DNA of 63,185 nucleotides, filler included, from Globobulimina sp. (GCA_003354225.1; 36 parts of 36 records of this genome joined end to end with filler, not necessarily neighbours in it), one strand, 5' to 3'; positions 12,643 through 24,700 are shown, counted from the first letter of the whole stretch. Made by a program: numbers and translations. The notes: generated by a model from the letters alone, not told the origin.

Positions 12643-13780
12643 ATGTTTCTCTTGTTATTAGCAGTAGCACTTCCTGTGATTGTTTCAAGTGCGCGATTTG
12701 TTAGTTATATTGATAAAATCGAGGGATGGTGGCCTGATTCAGACATATTGAAAGCATGGGGCGTGCCTGGCTATACCTCAAAATATGCATATAATGTGTT
12801 AAATTTAGGTGAGCAATATACACCATACTATTACATTTAACATTGTCAATATAACTTCATATTTGATATTCAAAAATATAGCATTCCTTCAGTCATCAAT
12901 ACAGCCATCAGATGCATTGGATCCTTGGGTCGATCCTACCAAATTCTTCAGTGCTGAGACGATGCAAAATATGACAGGCTCAGCATCCCCAACTGATGAC
13001 CAATTCAGATCGGCATTAAAAAAACTGTATCAATCTGCCAATGTAAAAGTGATGGTGTCATGTTTTGGAGCTGGCGATGTTAAGTCAACATTTGTTGCAA
13101 CACACTCTATAAATAAATATAACTGTATTTTATAATATTATCAGTATCCAACAAGGTCAAAAGATCCGACATCGTTAGGAAAACAGATCGGAGACTTTGT
13201 GATTAAATATCAATTGGACGGAGTGGATATTGATTGGGAGGAATCCGCAGCATTTCAGTCTGGCGATGGTGTGGGCGAGAATTGGTTGGCAACTTTGACA
13301 TCATCGATGAGGGCCACTTTAGGCTCAAAATACCTGATCAGCCATGCACCGCAAGCACCATATTTTATGGGCACTGCCACTTACAAAGCTGGCGGATATT
13401 TAGCCATCCAAAATAAAGTTGGCAGTCAAATTGATTGGTATAACATTCAGTTTTATAACCAAGGGACCAGTGCCTATAACACGTATCAATCACTGTTTGT
13501 TGCATCAGAGGGTTGGAGCACAAATTCGAGTGTTTTTCAGATAATGAATGGTAACAATGACCTGAAAGTCAAGACGCCATCGAATAAGATTGTGGTCGGT
13601 AAGCCAGTGAGTCAGGGCGATGCAGATAATACGGGATATGTGGCACCATCCAGTTTGGAGAGTATATTTGGCGAAGCTGTGAAGCAAGGATGGAATGCAG
13701 GATTTATGGATTGGCAATTTAGTTCAGATCTTGATCAAGGCTTTCGATTTGCAAATACTGTGTCTGCTGCATTCCATTAA
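12643..13780 (+). CDS. Secreted GH18 chitinase, complete, introns 12809-12881 and 13079-13144
   Basis: Signal peptide [24 protein letters not shown]; catalytic [10 protein letters not shown] (DxxDxDxE); [27 protein letters not shown]. Both introns restore the frame. Confidence 0.92.
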
Positions 13781-14072
13781 ATTAAATATATTATGTGTCA
13801 GACTATATTAGTTGTATTAGTGTAATATATAATTTTGTTCGCATTTATGAAGGTCGAAATGTTAATTATTATGCCATTCCAATTTTTCTGACAATCAAGA
13901 CAACAAAATGTAGCAAACAAAATTTAAATACACATAAACAAAATACTAAACGATATATTACAAAAGATAACCNNNNNNNNNNNNNNNNNNNNNNNNNNNN
14001 NNNNNNNNNNNNNNNNTTAATTAATTAANNNNNNNNNNNNNNNNNNNNNNNNNNNNNNNNNNNNNNNNNNNN

Positions 14073-14718
14073 GAAACAGAATTCATTGAATCTCGACATT
14101 TTATAGACAATGAAACGCAAAATAAATTAAATAATTTGAAACAACATAAAATAAACATTAATTTTGGTGATTTTCATGTTGAAGGCGATGTTGTAGTGAC
14201 CGGTGGATGTAATCAATTGGAAGAACATGGAAATAATTTAGCGATGCCAGTATTGGAGGAAAATGATGAAAAAAATGTTATAATTAATAATGAAATGGAT
14301 GGTCCAACAAAACAATTTTTAAAGTTTTTGGAGAAGAATAAATTACAAAAATATTTCTCCAAATTTCAAGAAAATGAATGTTGTGATATCCGAGATATTG
14401 AATATTTAATTGATGATCAACTGTTTTTGGAGAAAGACATTGGAATTACGCACCGAATACATCGTAGGAAATTATTAGGAGAATTTAAGAAATTAAAAGC
14501 AAATATGGATTCGTTTCGAGAATCAACTCTTTTCTCACCAATTATGTTTGAAAAACTCTCAAAATATGGAATTGTAACAATGAATATGTTAATTGTGTCA
14601 AGAAACAAAACAAAAATCAGACTTGAAGCATAAATTTGGTTTAATTGATGATAATCAATGCGATTTATTGTGGAATATAATTACATTACAGAACAAGCCA
14701 CAGAATGAAGGAATGTAA
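14073..14718 (+). pseudogene. SAM-domain protein C-terminus with a frameshift near 14590
   Basis: FLEKNKLQKYFSKFQENE..DI..I..L....LEKDIGIT...HRRKLL is SAM-like; another frame continues CQETKQKSDLKHKFGL...LLWNII...NEGM*. Could be an assembly error. Confidence 0.6.
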
Positions 14719-14899
14719 ACATTAATTGGTTTAAATTTGAAATGATAATTGTTTTTTTTTTGAGTTCAATATATATAACGCTTCCTACAGAAACTGTACA
14801 CGAAATAGTATTATAGGTCGCAATCAGGACACAGGTCCGATTCCAGACTCACAGATTATAAAATTAAAAACAGTCAGTGTAGTAACGTTTTGTTGTCTA

Positions 14900-15731
14900 A
14901 TGAGTGCACTATACACTCAACCATTTGATAGAGATAAAACAAAACGCAAAATAGTTGTTTCTGCTTTCCTATCAAGTCTTAATTATAAAGCCTTTATTAT
15001 TCCATTGGAGATTATTGATTTATGTTTGATGTTTTATAATGAAGTGAGTTATTGGACTATAAATGCAAACAATTTGCAAATGTTTTTGGGCGCAGATAGT
15101 GGCTACGAAATATTTAGCAATATATGCTACCATCATATGCATGGAATTCATGTGAAATGCGGATTAATATCAAATAGAAAAAGCAAGAATGAAACTGATA
15201 AATTCTCATTTCAAGTGTTTATGGGAAACGATGTACGTAAAATTATCATCTTTTTTCATATTTATTGTGTAGAAACGAACAGAAATGTTAAATATACGTC
15301 AATATTTACGCGCGTTGATGACATTAAACATGAGTGGGCTTTCACTAATTTGCCCTTATTCGATTGTACACAGTTTAATGAGTTAAATATGAGGCTATAT
15401 TTTGACATATTGGATATTGAATATATGAGCTCAGGAAACGACGAGAAACACATTGATTATCATAAAAATATCAAACTCAAAAAGCATATCTCATACAAAT
15501 GGAGAGTTCGTAATGATTTATTGGATGTTATTCATTTATGTCCAGCCGGAAAAGGATATTTTTCACAGAATTTTGGCGCTCAAAATAAGAATTGGTCATT
15601 GCTTTTATTACCAAACGGAAGAAAGGGAGAAAGTGAAAATTTTGTATTATTAATGTTAGCAATAAATAGAATTCCAAAAAAGATATATAAGATTGAGGTA
15701 AAATATACAATTAAGAATAATAAAAATGAGA
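14900..15731 (+). CDS. F-box-like N-terminus plus tandem MATH/TRAF-like domains (partial)
   Basis: IVVSAFL...IIPLEIIDLCLMFY; YKWRV....GKGYFSQNF...NWSLLLLPNG......VLLML is MATH-like. Confidence 0.6.
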
Positions 15732-15875
15732 NNNNNNNNNNNNNNNNNNNNNNNNNNNNNNNNNNNNNNNNNNNNTTAATTAATTAANNNNNNNNNNNNN
15801 NNNNNNNNNNNNNNNNNNNNNNNNNNNNNNNTTTGAACAAACAAAACAAATTAAAACTAGCACAGCGTTGAGTTA

Positions 15876-16976
15876 TTACAATTCAGTTTTTCCATCGACA
15901 TTTGAATCATGATTTAAATTAAATACTTGGTTATAATTACTTTTCCCATTATAAAACTGAATAAATGGCAATCCATTCGTCATAATTATCCCTTTTCCAT
16001 TAATAACATCAGGCACTCTTTGAACTGCACTGTTCGCAGTAACTAGATAATCATCGATATGCCCAAATGATAATGATTGACGATTATATTTACCAATAAT
16101 ATTATAATCGACACCCATTGCATTGGAATTATTCAGTAATGCAAATATATTCGATACAGAAACAATTAAATCGTTTACTTTTATGGTAAATGTATCATTC
16201 ACACCGATTGATTTACCATTATCAATATAATATTGTTGCTTTTCCACATCACATCCCATACACAACACCTTTTCATTGTAATTAAATATCGAATTACATT
16301 CATGATATTCAACATAATTTTTGTTGCCCTCATCATCCAAATATATACCCAATGTATCTTCGACTATGCGATATGCAATGCCTTCAATAAATATTTTAAA
16401 GAAACCACTGATAAATGAATTGCACGAATTATATGTGTCCAAATCTCCATAACTTGCATATTGTTGATAATATATATGATTTACATTGAAGGAATACGTA
16501 ACTTTTATTGCATTAAACTTTGGTACTAAGGGCAATATCGATGGTAATAAAGAATGAACAAATAAATCCTGAACACCTGTGCCCATAATACCAATTTTTT
16601 TGGATTTGCTCACTTCATTTAAATTATTTTCATCTGTCGATATATTTAATATCGAATTGAACATTTTATAATGATTACGGATATTGTCGGTGGTTGTAGT
16701 TGCTTCGAAAATTATGTTTGGTTTTGTATTTGTTAGTAATTCGATAAGATTATCTGATGAAGTTACTTCGACTCCAATTTCATTGTCCAATCCAATGAGA
16801 GCGCCAACATCAGCGCCAATATTCGATGTCCGTGTAACACCGCCAACACACTTTAATCCATTATCTATCGCTAATTTTGTAATTCTTGTACCAACATTGC
16901 CAAGACCAATTGTCACAAACGTTAAGCAATGGCAATGATACCAAAGCGCAACATTCAAAATAAAAAACAAAGACAT
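15876..16976 (-). CDS. DapB-N / 2,4-diaminopentanoate (amine) dehydrogenase-like oxidoreductase with signal peptide and KTEL
   Basis: Rossmann IGLGNVG; IGADVGALIGL...IGVEV; KPNIIFEAT; IMGTGVQD; TANSAVQRVPDVING; hydrophobic leader and C-terminal KTEL. Confidence 0.7.
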   Translation of the reverse strand: MSLFFILNVALWYHCHCLTFVTIGLGNVGTRITKLAIDNGLKCVGGVTRTSNIGADVGALIGLDNEIGVEVTSSDNLIELLTNTKPNIIFEATTTTDNIRNHYKMFNSILNISTDENNLNEVSKSKKIGIMGTGVQDLFVHSLLPSILPLVPKFNAIKVTYSFNVNHIYYQQYASYGDLDTYNSCNSFISGFFKIFIEGIAYRIVEDTLGIYLDDEGNKNYVEYHECNSIFNYNEKVLCMGCDVEKQQYYIDNGKSIGVNDTFTIKVNDLIVSVSNIFALLNNSNAMGVDYNIIGKYNRQSLSFGHIDDYLVTANSAVQRVPDVINGKGIIMTNGLPFIQFYNGKSNYNQVFNLNHDSNVDGKTEL

Positions 16977-17071
16977 AACCAAAAAAAACTTCACTGAAAA
17001 ATAAAATTAGAATAAAGCATTTCACTATCGAGTCGTTACAATTGTATATGTTGCGTTGAATGTGTTGATTA

Positions 17072-17300
17072 AAACCTCATATCGATTTAATAGACGATGC
17101 AAAGCATTGGAGAGGGGATATTGGCACTGGAATGAGTCAAAATCAATGGAATGACTGGTTCGTATCCTATGAGAAATATATTATGCAATATGCAGAAATT
17201 GCCACCAATACTGATGTTGAAATGTTTTCTGTTTCTACAGAACTCGTTACACCATCCACACAAGAATCATTTTGGAGGGGTTTGGTGCCAAAAATAAGGT
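17072..17300 (+). CDS. GH113-like glycoside hydrolase fragment
   Basis: KPHIDL....HWRGDIG.....WNDWFVSYEKYIMQYAEIA...VEMFSVSTEL......FWRGLVPKIR; similarity ends abruptly on both sides. Confidence 0.65.
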
Positions 17301-17590
17301 TGCCATTTATGACCAAGCAAGATATTGCATTTATCATTGAAAAGAATGCACACAATATTTCAGCGTGGGTCATTTTTGCACTTCAAAGTTTTTTTTGAAG
17401 CTGAATATCTTGCTTGAGAATAAATGTTGAAAGCTTAAACTTTTAAATTAAGAAATGGTTATAGTGGAATATTGACGGATCCTGCCAATTNNNNNNNNNN
17501 NNNNNNNNNNNNNNNNNNNNNNNNNNNNNNNNNNTTAATTAATTAANNNNNNNNNNNNNNNNNNNNNNNNNNNNNNNNNNNNNNNNNNNN

Positions 17591-18851
17591 TCTTCATGTG
17601 ATGCTAAGACAATGATTCCAGTGTCATCCGTATCATTCTCATTATTAACATTTACATTCGAATCATTATCGTTGTTATTGGCGCTTCGATTAGCAATACA
17701 ACATATTTTCAAAACATAGTGAAAACAGCCATTCATCTCATTGCCTGCGTTCATAAAAATGGACTGTTTACACATTGGACACAATTCGGATGATTTAGTA
17801 ATCCACGGATCGACACATCCTTTATGGAAGCCGTGATTACATGGCAATAATCGCAATTCCTCATTGCATTGGAAATCTTCTAAACAAATCGCGCACGAAT
17901 CATTATGCGGATTCATTGCTTCTTTCTTGGAACCAAAGGAGTTTAATAGAAACAGAGACATGTTCTTCAAATTATTGCTAAACGAACCTGCCGTAATCTC
18001 CACAGTTTCTGTCATATCCTCATTCTCTGTAATCACTATTTTTGCATCTTTTCCTTTATACAAAACCACTGGAATTTGCGTCAAATGTTGTCTCCGTCGC
18101 GATCGTTGCACATAATTGCTATTAATTTATATTTGTTTATTATATTTATAACTAATATATATATATAGAGTACATACACAATTTTCTTTCGTAACAATGC
18201 AACGCAAACAATGAAACACCACAACGTAGGAATTACAATAATAACAATGCCAAATGCAGCCAGCCAGAAGGTGCTCGTTGGTGCAATATACTCGCAATCT
18301 TGGTCCAATATCGCATAGACACCATCAGAATTGTCATGCATAGGCAAGGGGGTGGAATATGATAATAATAACTTCAATATCCATTGATATGTATTATGTG
18401 GCACGAACACCGAAGGGATGGTAATGGGTTTTCCACGTTGTGTCGGATCCTGACTCATCACAATCCATTCATCATTCGAGGTGTTGTAATCGCCCACAAT
18501 GACGCCGGTAGCGCCTAATAACTCTGCATTCGACACTTTTTTACTAAATGTACAGTTCCCGCGTAATATCAATACAATTTGGTCTTTATACATTTGATTG
18601 TATCCGGTTACTTTATTGCCGTCGGTGTAATGTGTTGCTGTCTCATTTGTATATTTGGCCACACCGCAGGCAATCAATGGGTCCATAATCTGCAAACGTC
18701 CCGATACGTTAAATTGGCCTGGCTTGGGACCAAAATTTGCGGTGCGATGGTAAAATTTCTTGTACTCCGATGCGTTTAATGAATGCTCAAATATTTTTAA
18801 TCCCGTTGATAAGATCATCATGACGTTTAAGGTATAAAAGTATAACCACAT
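17591..18851 (-). CDS. PA-TM-RING-H2 E3 ligase (RNF13/RNF167/RMR-like), one intron
   Basis: ANFGP; IVLILRGNCTFSKKVSNAELLGATGVIVGD (PA); ITIPSVFV; TM; CAICLEDF...LRLLPCNHGFHKGCVDPW...CPMCK. Confidence 0.92.
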
Positions 18852-19043
18852 TGTGATGGGTTGGTGGCTGTGTATAGGCTATTTTTACCTGCTATTAATA
18901 TTATTTTGCTATTTTTGGATTTGCAGATAATTGTCGAGCTATTTTTGTATTATAATTAGTTACAAGCAGCTGCAAAATGAGACACTATTACCTGCACTCA
19001 AACGACTCGAGCAAAAACTTTTTTAATTTGATAAATATCGAAC

Positions 19044-19249
19044 ATGGGTAATTCCAAAAGCAATAACCAACAAAGCTCCAAAAATGTTGAAGAAAAGACA
19101 GGTACAAATGATAAACAGCAAGAGGGGAAAACTGATATTGATGAAAAGGAGTTTACATCAAAATTACAGAAACTAGCTTTTATTCCACATATAATATTAA
19201 TGGGTGATTCAGTGCTTGACAATATTGCATGGGTTAAAGATCAGGAGAA
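19044..19249 (+). CDS. SGNH/GDSL-like hydrolase N-terminus with myristoylation-type start (partial)
   Basis: MGNSKS start; HIILMGDSVLDN block I motif. Confidence 0.6.
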
Positions 19250-19349
19250 NNNNNNNNNNNNNNNNNNNNNNNNNNNNNNNNNNNNNNNNNNNNTTAATTA
19301 ATTAANNNNNNNNNNNNNNNNNNNNNNNNNNNNNNNNNNNNNNNNNNNN

Positions 19350-21008
19350 TTTTAAATGTTGGGTTGCTTTTACAAATATCTCGTCATATTCTTGAATATT
19401 AATTAATCCTGAACTTAATAGCTCTTCCTTGAATGAGCCATAATAAGATTTGACAAATAAATCTTTTGGAGAATACCCAGGGTGTAAAAAATTGCATGGC
19501 CTGCCTTCATCGTCTAAATTCTCGTAAAATGGCCAATAATAGAATCTCCAGCCAGTGCTCAATATGCGTCCGAAACCTTTGGACAATATCAAAAAAATGC
19601 AAGAGCGCGTGTTTGTTATTTGGATGCATGCAATTATACATATTACATACGCTTATTTGAATCACGGTATTGTTGTAATCTGCGGACTATAGCAATGTTT
19701 GGAAATGTGTGATAAATGTTTGAGTCGTGCTCGGAAGCTACATCTTGTAGCATGGCATCAGTATCATACTGGAAATCTACTAAAAATTGTTGTAACTTAA
19801 TCAATGTATGTAATGGAATATTGATATCCAGATCCAAATAATCGATTGCTGCCTCCATAAAAACAGTTTCTGTGATGTTTTAAGTGGTTCATAAATCATC
19901 TCAAATAATAACAAATATACATACCAGCATCTTGAGAAGGTACACCTGTTGGCACCGTTGTGTTGCTGAATACATTAAACTTTGAAGTTGCTTTGATGTT
20001 CAATGTAAATTTATTATTATTATTATTAAATCTTTCAAAACTGATTGAGGGCATAAATCTTTTCTTCTTCACCTCAATCATTTCACAGAACTTGTCATCA
20101 TTGCACAGAACTTCGTGCTCAAACGACTTATCAGCCCCATTGTTTGTGTCTGATTGTGCACGAAGTCCAATCTCATACAAATGAAAAATATTAAAATGAA
20201 TACTTGAAATTAAATCATTGTAGAAATTAAATGTTGGATCACCACCTTGATCTGATACCTCCTCTCTGTTTCTCTGGTTGCGCCGTGATGTGAAGGCACA
20301 ATTTTCCAATTTACATTCCGCAAAACTATATTTTGTAATTAATATTGATTTTATGCCATTTAATTCATTCCTGTGTTGAGTCAATAAATGTGTTGAATCA
20401 TCCAATATATTCACGTATATATTTGTACAGAAATCAATAAATACATCTTTGTTTTTATCATTTGACGATAGTTGCAATGCGTTACAATATTGCAGACATA
20501 GCATAAACCGCTTTAAATAAGCACAACTTTCAATGGTTTGAGCGCACCGCGTGTCTGTTTCTTGAAATATTCTGAAATCAATCCTCTCTGTTGTTGTCGA
20601 AACCCGCTCATTCTCTAATCGTTGCTGTTCCATTTGTTTGAGATATTTCTGTTGTTCCAATTTTTCATTTTCCAATCTCTCAGCTTCCACTCTTTCTTGT
20701 AGCATTCGTTGTAATTTTTCCTTTTCCAATCGCTCATTTTCTCGCTTCCTCTCCTCCTCCTTCTGCCTCTCCACTCTCTCTCGCTCCTTTTCTCGCTCTC
20801 TCTCTTCTGTTTCTTTTTGTATTCTATCTGTTTCGGTGTTTGTGTTTGTTTTTGCTTTCGTCCTTGCTTTTTCCTGTTCGATCCTCTGTTGTTGCTGTTT
20901 TATCCTTTCTTTCTCCAAATTCTCCTGTTCCATTCTCTCCTCTTATAACCTTTCTTTTTTAATCCTTTCTTGCTCTATTTTTTGTTGCTGTATTCTTTTT
21001 TTTTCTTC
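19350..21008 (-). CDS. Charged coiled coil plus lineage-expanded-type domain protein (partial, spliced)
   Basis: E/R/K-rich helix; C..LKRF..CL.Y, ILDD..HLL..H, C.L..C...RR, IHF.IFHL, later G.RFYYWPFY...SY.SFKEELL. Confidence 0.55.
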
Positions 21009-21165
21009 NNNNNNNNNNNNNNNNNNNNNNNNNNNNNNNNNNNNNNNNNNNNTTAATTAATTAANNNNNNNNNNNNNNNNNNNNNNNNNNNNNNNNNNNN
21101 NNNNNNNNACAACGAAAAAGTTGGCATGATATGATTTTCAGTCAGTTGTCAAAAATCAAAACAGC

Positions 21166-21791
21166 ATGACTTTGTTATTAAGTCTTTTCGTTGTCTGCGT
21201 TATTTCTCCCGCTTTCGGCTGTAATTATTTATCAACCTTTGTCGTAGGCATAGAAACTGCAAGAATCACTTTGGATGTATGTACTGTATTACACTCAAAT
21301 GACAGTATGGAACAATCGATGGAATATAAATGTTCCGAGGACAAGACAGAAGTGGTCCGATATTTCTATACTGATTCAAATAAATGTCAAGGGAATTATG
21401 AAACAGTCGATTTGATAGATCCGAATGAATTTAATTGTGATGATGATAAAGCATGCCCTTATTTTATGGTAAATCAATACAAAACAAAAATCTCTGAAAA
21501 TAAAGATGGATCAATTAAATGTGAAAAAGATGCAAATTCATGGTCCAATCAAGCATACATTGCTGGTCAATGTATACATCGACAAAAACGAATATGTAAT
21601 GGTCATACTCACATTTTACGTATGTTGATGAAAATTGCACAATATCGGAAATAATCGCAAATGTTACATTTGCGAAAGGCTGTAATGATGCACAAGAGTT
21701 ATGGCTTGAGGCTGATTGTATGGACTCTTCTTCAATTTTACATTGTATTAATATATTTATTGCAATTGTAACATTATTATCAACACTGTAA
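21166..21791 (+). CDS. Secreted Cys-rich protein, probable frameshift near 21590
   Basis: Signal peptide; Cys spacing; a second frame ends in a hydrophobic GPI-like tail. Confidence 0.5.
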
Positions 21792-21973
21792 TAAATACAT
21801 GAAACACAAAACATTTTGATACTGAATCACAATGTTGAATAGCAATAAAAGTGTCATTTGTGCATTTAACCGTCGCAGTTTGAGAAAAATCAGGATCAGC
21901 ATCACAATCTGTTGAGTTGTGTTATGTTGTGTTGTGTTGTTGTGTGAAAAAAATAATATATTAAAATATTTTC

Positions 21974-22700
21974 TCAACTTGCAATATCATTCCATAATTC
22001 ACGAGATACGGTCTCTTTGCCTTTGTTACATGAATATTTATACGAACCACCAAACAGCCCAAATGGCAGACATTCTCTAGACACTCTTTCTTGAATCCAC
22101 TGAGTCCATTCTGTTGAATGTGAACAATTATCTCCAAAATATGTGGAATATTCAATATATTTTTTTGATGATGCATACATTTTATCAAATGTATTATTAC
22201 AAGAAACTGTGGCACATTCATTGAGATTATAACTAAATTGAGATGCATGCATAGCAACATCTGATTTATTATTATTACATTTGAATGTATCCACAAATAA
22301 TGCATCATATGAGTCAGATTTACAATTATATTCAACTCCATTTACACATTCATCTGTTACAATTATTTCATCTGTATATGAATTCATGTCACATTCACCA
22401 TAAATATATCCTCTATTTCTGACCGTTGATGTATTACAATTATGGCCCGATGAATCCCAACGACAATGACATTTTGTATCTCCATCTTCGCACAATATTG
22501 ATATTGATAATATTATTGTGCTTTCGTCACAATCCAATGAATCATATATATTGTGTTCTATATTCCAATTTAAATTGATATCATCATAAACACACAAAAA
22601 TTTCTTTGATGATTTAGATTTACTTACTTTGGATACAGATTGAATGCTACATAAATCTGTTGGATATTTATCATAATAAGTGCAATATTGATTCTCTGCT
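21974..22700 (-). CDS. Cys-rich extracellular protein (partial)
   Basis: Open frame over 230 codons with regular Cys; 5' end replaced by a bacterial scrap. Confidence 0.55.
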
Positions 22701-22767
22701 GTTACAGCTTTTTTTTAGCGGCGCTTTGGGCGATTTTAGGCGCAGGGGATGTGGCATTTACCGAAGC
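22682..22767 (+). CDS. Bacterial DUF4040 (Mrp/Mnh antiporter subunit) fragment at contig tip
   Basis: GC jump; translates AILILCCYSFFLAALWAILGAGDVAFTEA. Confidence 0.65.
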
Positions 22768-22867
22768 NNNNNNNNNNNNNNNNNNNNNNNNNNNNNNNNN
22801 NNNNNNNNNNNTTAATTAATTAANNNNNNNNNNNNNNNNNNNNNNNNNNNNNNNNNNNNNNNNNNNN

Positions 22868-23591
22868 AAATATAGAAATTGTAGTTAATACACTATACTT
22901 TGTCATTGATGATAATATGTCTTTATTTGCTTTCATAGATCTAATTCGCGGTCGTTGTGGAAACTGACTGCTTATTGATCGGCTGTTGATTATTGGCGAT
23001 GGCGGATTTGTAGAATCTGATTTGGACAGTTCCGAGGAAGGATGAATGCAACTTTTTGTAGAATCTCTCATTACTTTAAATAGTTTAATAATATAAAGCG
23101 ATGATATCCAGAAATATGCTAATATGATGGCCAACGTTCCAATATAATAAAACTTTTGCTACTAAAAATAGCACGGCATCACTTACACCAAATATGATGG
23201 AAAAATAAAAAGTGTTTTTGATACATTTAGTCAACGCATACTGTGTATGGTCAAATATAGCACATAATCGACAAAATAATAAAATAATAAAAAATAAGAA
23301 ATGCCCACCATACAAAGGAGTTGATGTCATAATATATAATGTGTCATATTTAAAATTTCCATAACATAAATTGATGAGTCGCAGACAATGATGAATAAAA
23401 AATAAAATAGTTAATACAATAAATACAACAGTTGTTTTAAACATTGGTAGTCCATCAGTCATTTTTTTATTATATTTGATATAGACACATAGGATAAATA
23501 TATTTAATGTAAGCATGATAATCGTTGGTATGATGGATAGGCACATAATTGCCACTCTCTCGGACCCTACAAAATGAGTGACTTCTGTCAT
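22868..23591 (-). CDS. GPCR-like multi-pass membrane protein, frameshifted/partial
   Basis: Successive TM helices with LLFCRL..IF..T.Y; frame break near 23110. Confidence 0.55.
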
Positions 23592-24626
23592 TATAAAAAT
23601 GTAACTGATCGAAGCCAACCTTAAGTTTTGAAGTCGCCATCCATTTCCATTTTAAAAACAAAATGTTTCTGACAAAAAAATTAAAGCATTTAAGTTTTAT
23701 GTATCTATCAAAGTTCATACAGATTGGTGCAGTATCATGGCTGTTATCGCTGAGATGACAAATATACAGAAAAACATTGTTTGATACATATGGTTTATTA
23801 TCAACTGGTTCGATATTGCTGTTGTAATTTTGAATAAGGTCCAGTTACCATTTTCTTTTTTTTTCAATTCAAACAATAGACTCGAAATGAAATTCCATGT
23901 AAACAATGATTTATTTTTTGCTAATTTTTTCAATGTATTTTTCATTGCGAATTTGATTGCTTCCTTTGGTGATTTCATGCCATCATAATATACCTCCAAT
24001 GATGAGTTAATATGCTGTACAGAGCATGTCCAATTACTTATTTTCTTTTGTCTCAATGTTGGATTATTCTTTATTTTAATCAATAAATCATGACCAAATA
24101 AATGTGTCGTAACTATTCCATTCATCTTTAATATGCTGATATATATATCAACAATTTGTGCGCAAATTCATTAATATTCAATTCGAAATAAATAAATAAA
24201 TAAATTACCTTTTGTCTTTGACACTCATATTATGCTTTAATTCATGTTTAATAATATTGTTCGTTGACTTAACAAGCGATTCATTTCCCATAATTGCTTG
24301 TTTTATAGATTGTGTGGAACAGCAGCAACAAGACATGTTTAGAAAATATTTTTCCTCCCTTTAAGATTTTCGAAACATCGCATTGTGTCGTTATAGTAAA
24401 CCATGTTTCCATCCACGTTTGTCTGGCTTTCCGTGTTGAGCATTTCGTCTGTTGTCTCGTATTTGGATGAGATTGAAATTAATGCGATGAATATATTGTA
24501 TAAAGAATGGAATGGGCCATATTGGANNNNNNNNNNNNNNNNNNNNNNNNNNNNNNNNNNNNNNNNNNNNTTAATTAATTAANNNNNNNNNNNNNNNNNN
24601 NNNNNNNNNNNNNNNNNNNNNNNNNN

Positions 24627-24700
24627 GGGAAACTGTGGATCGGTACCGACAGTGGGGGACTCAATCGTTTCGATCGGCAGACCCATTCGTGGAGCCATTC
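24627..24700 (+). CDS. Bacterial two-component regulator propeller (Reg_prop) fragment at contig tip
   Basis: GKLWIGTDSGGLNRFDRQTHSWSH with higher GC than the flank. Confidence 0.7.
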
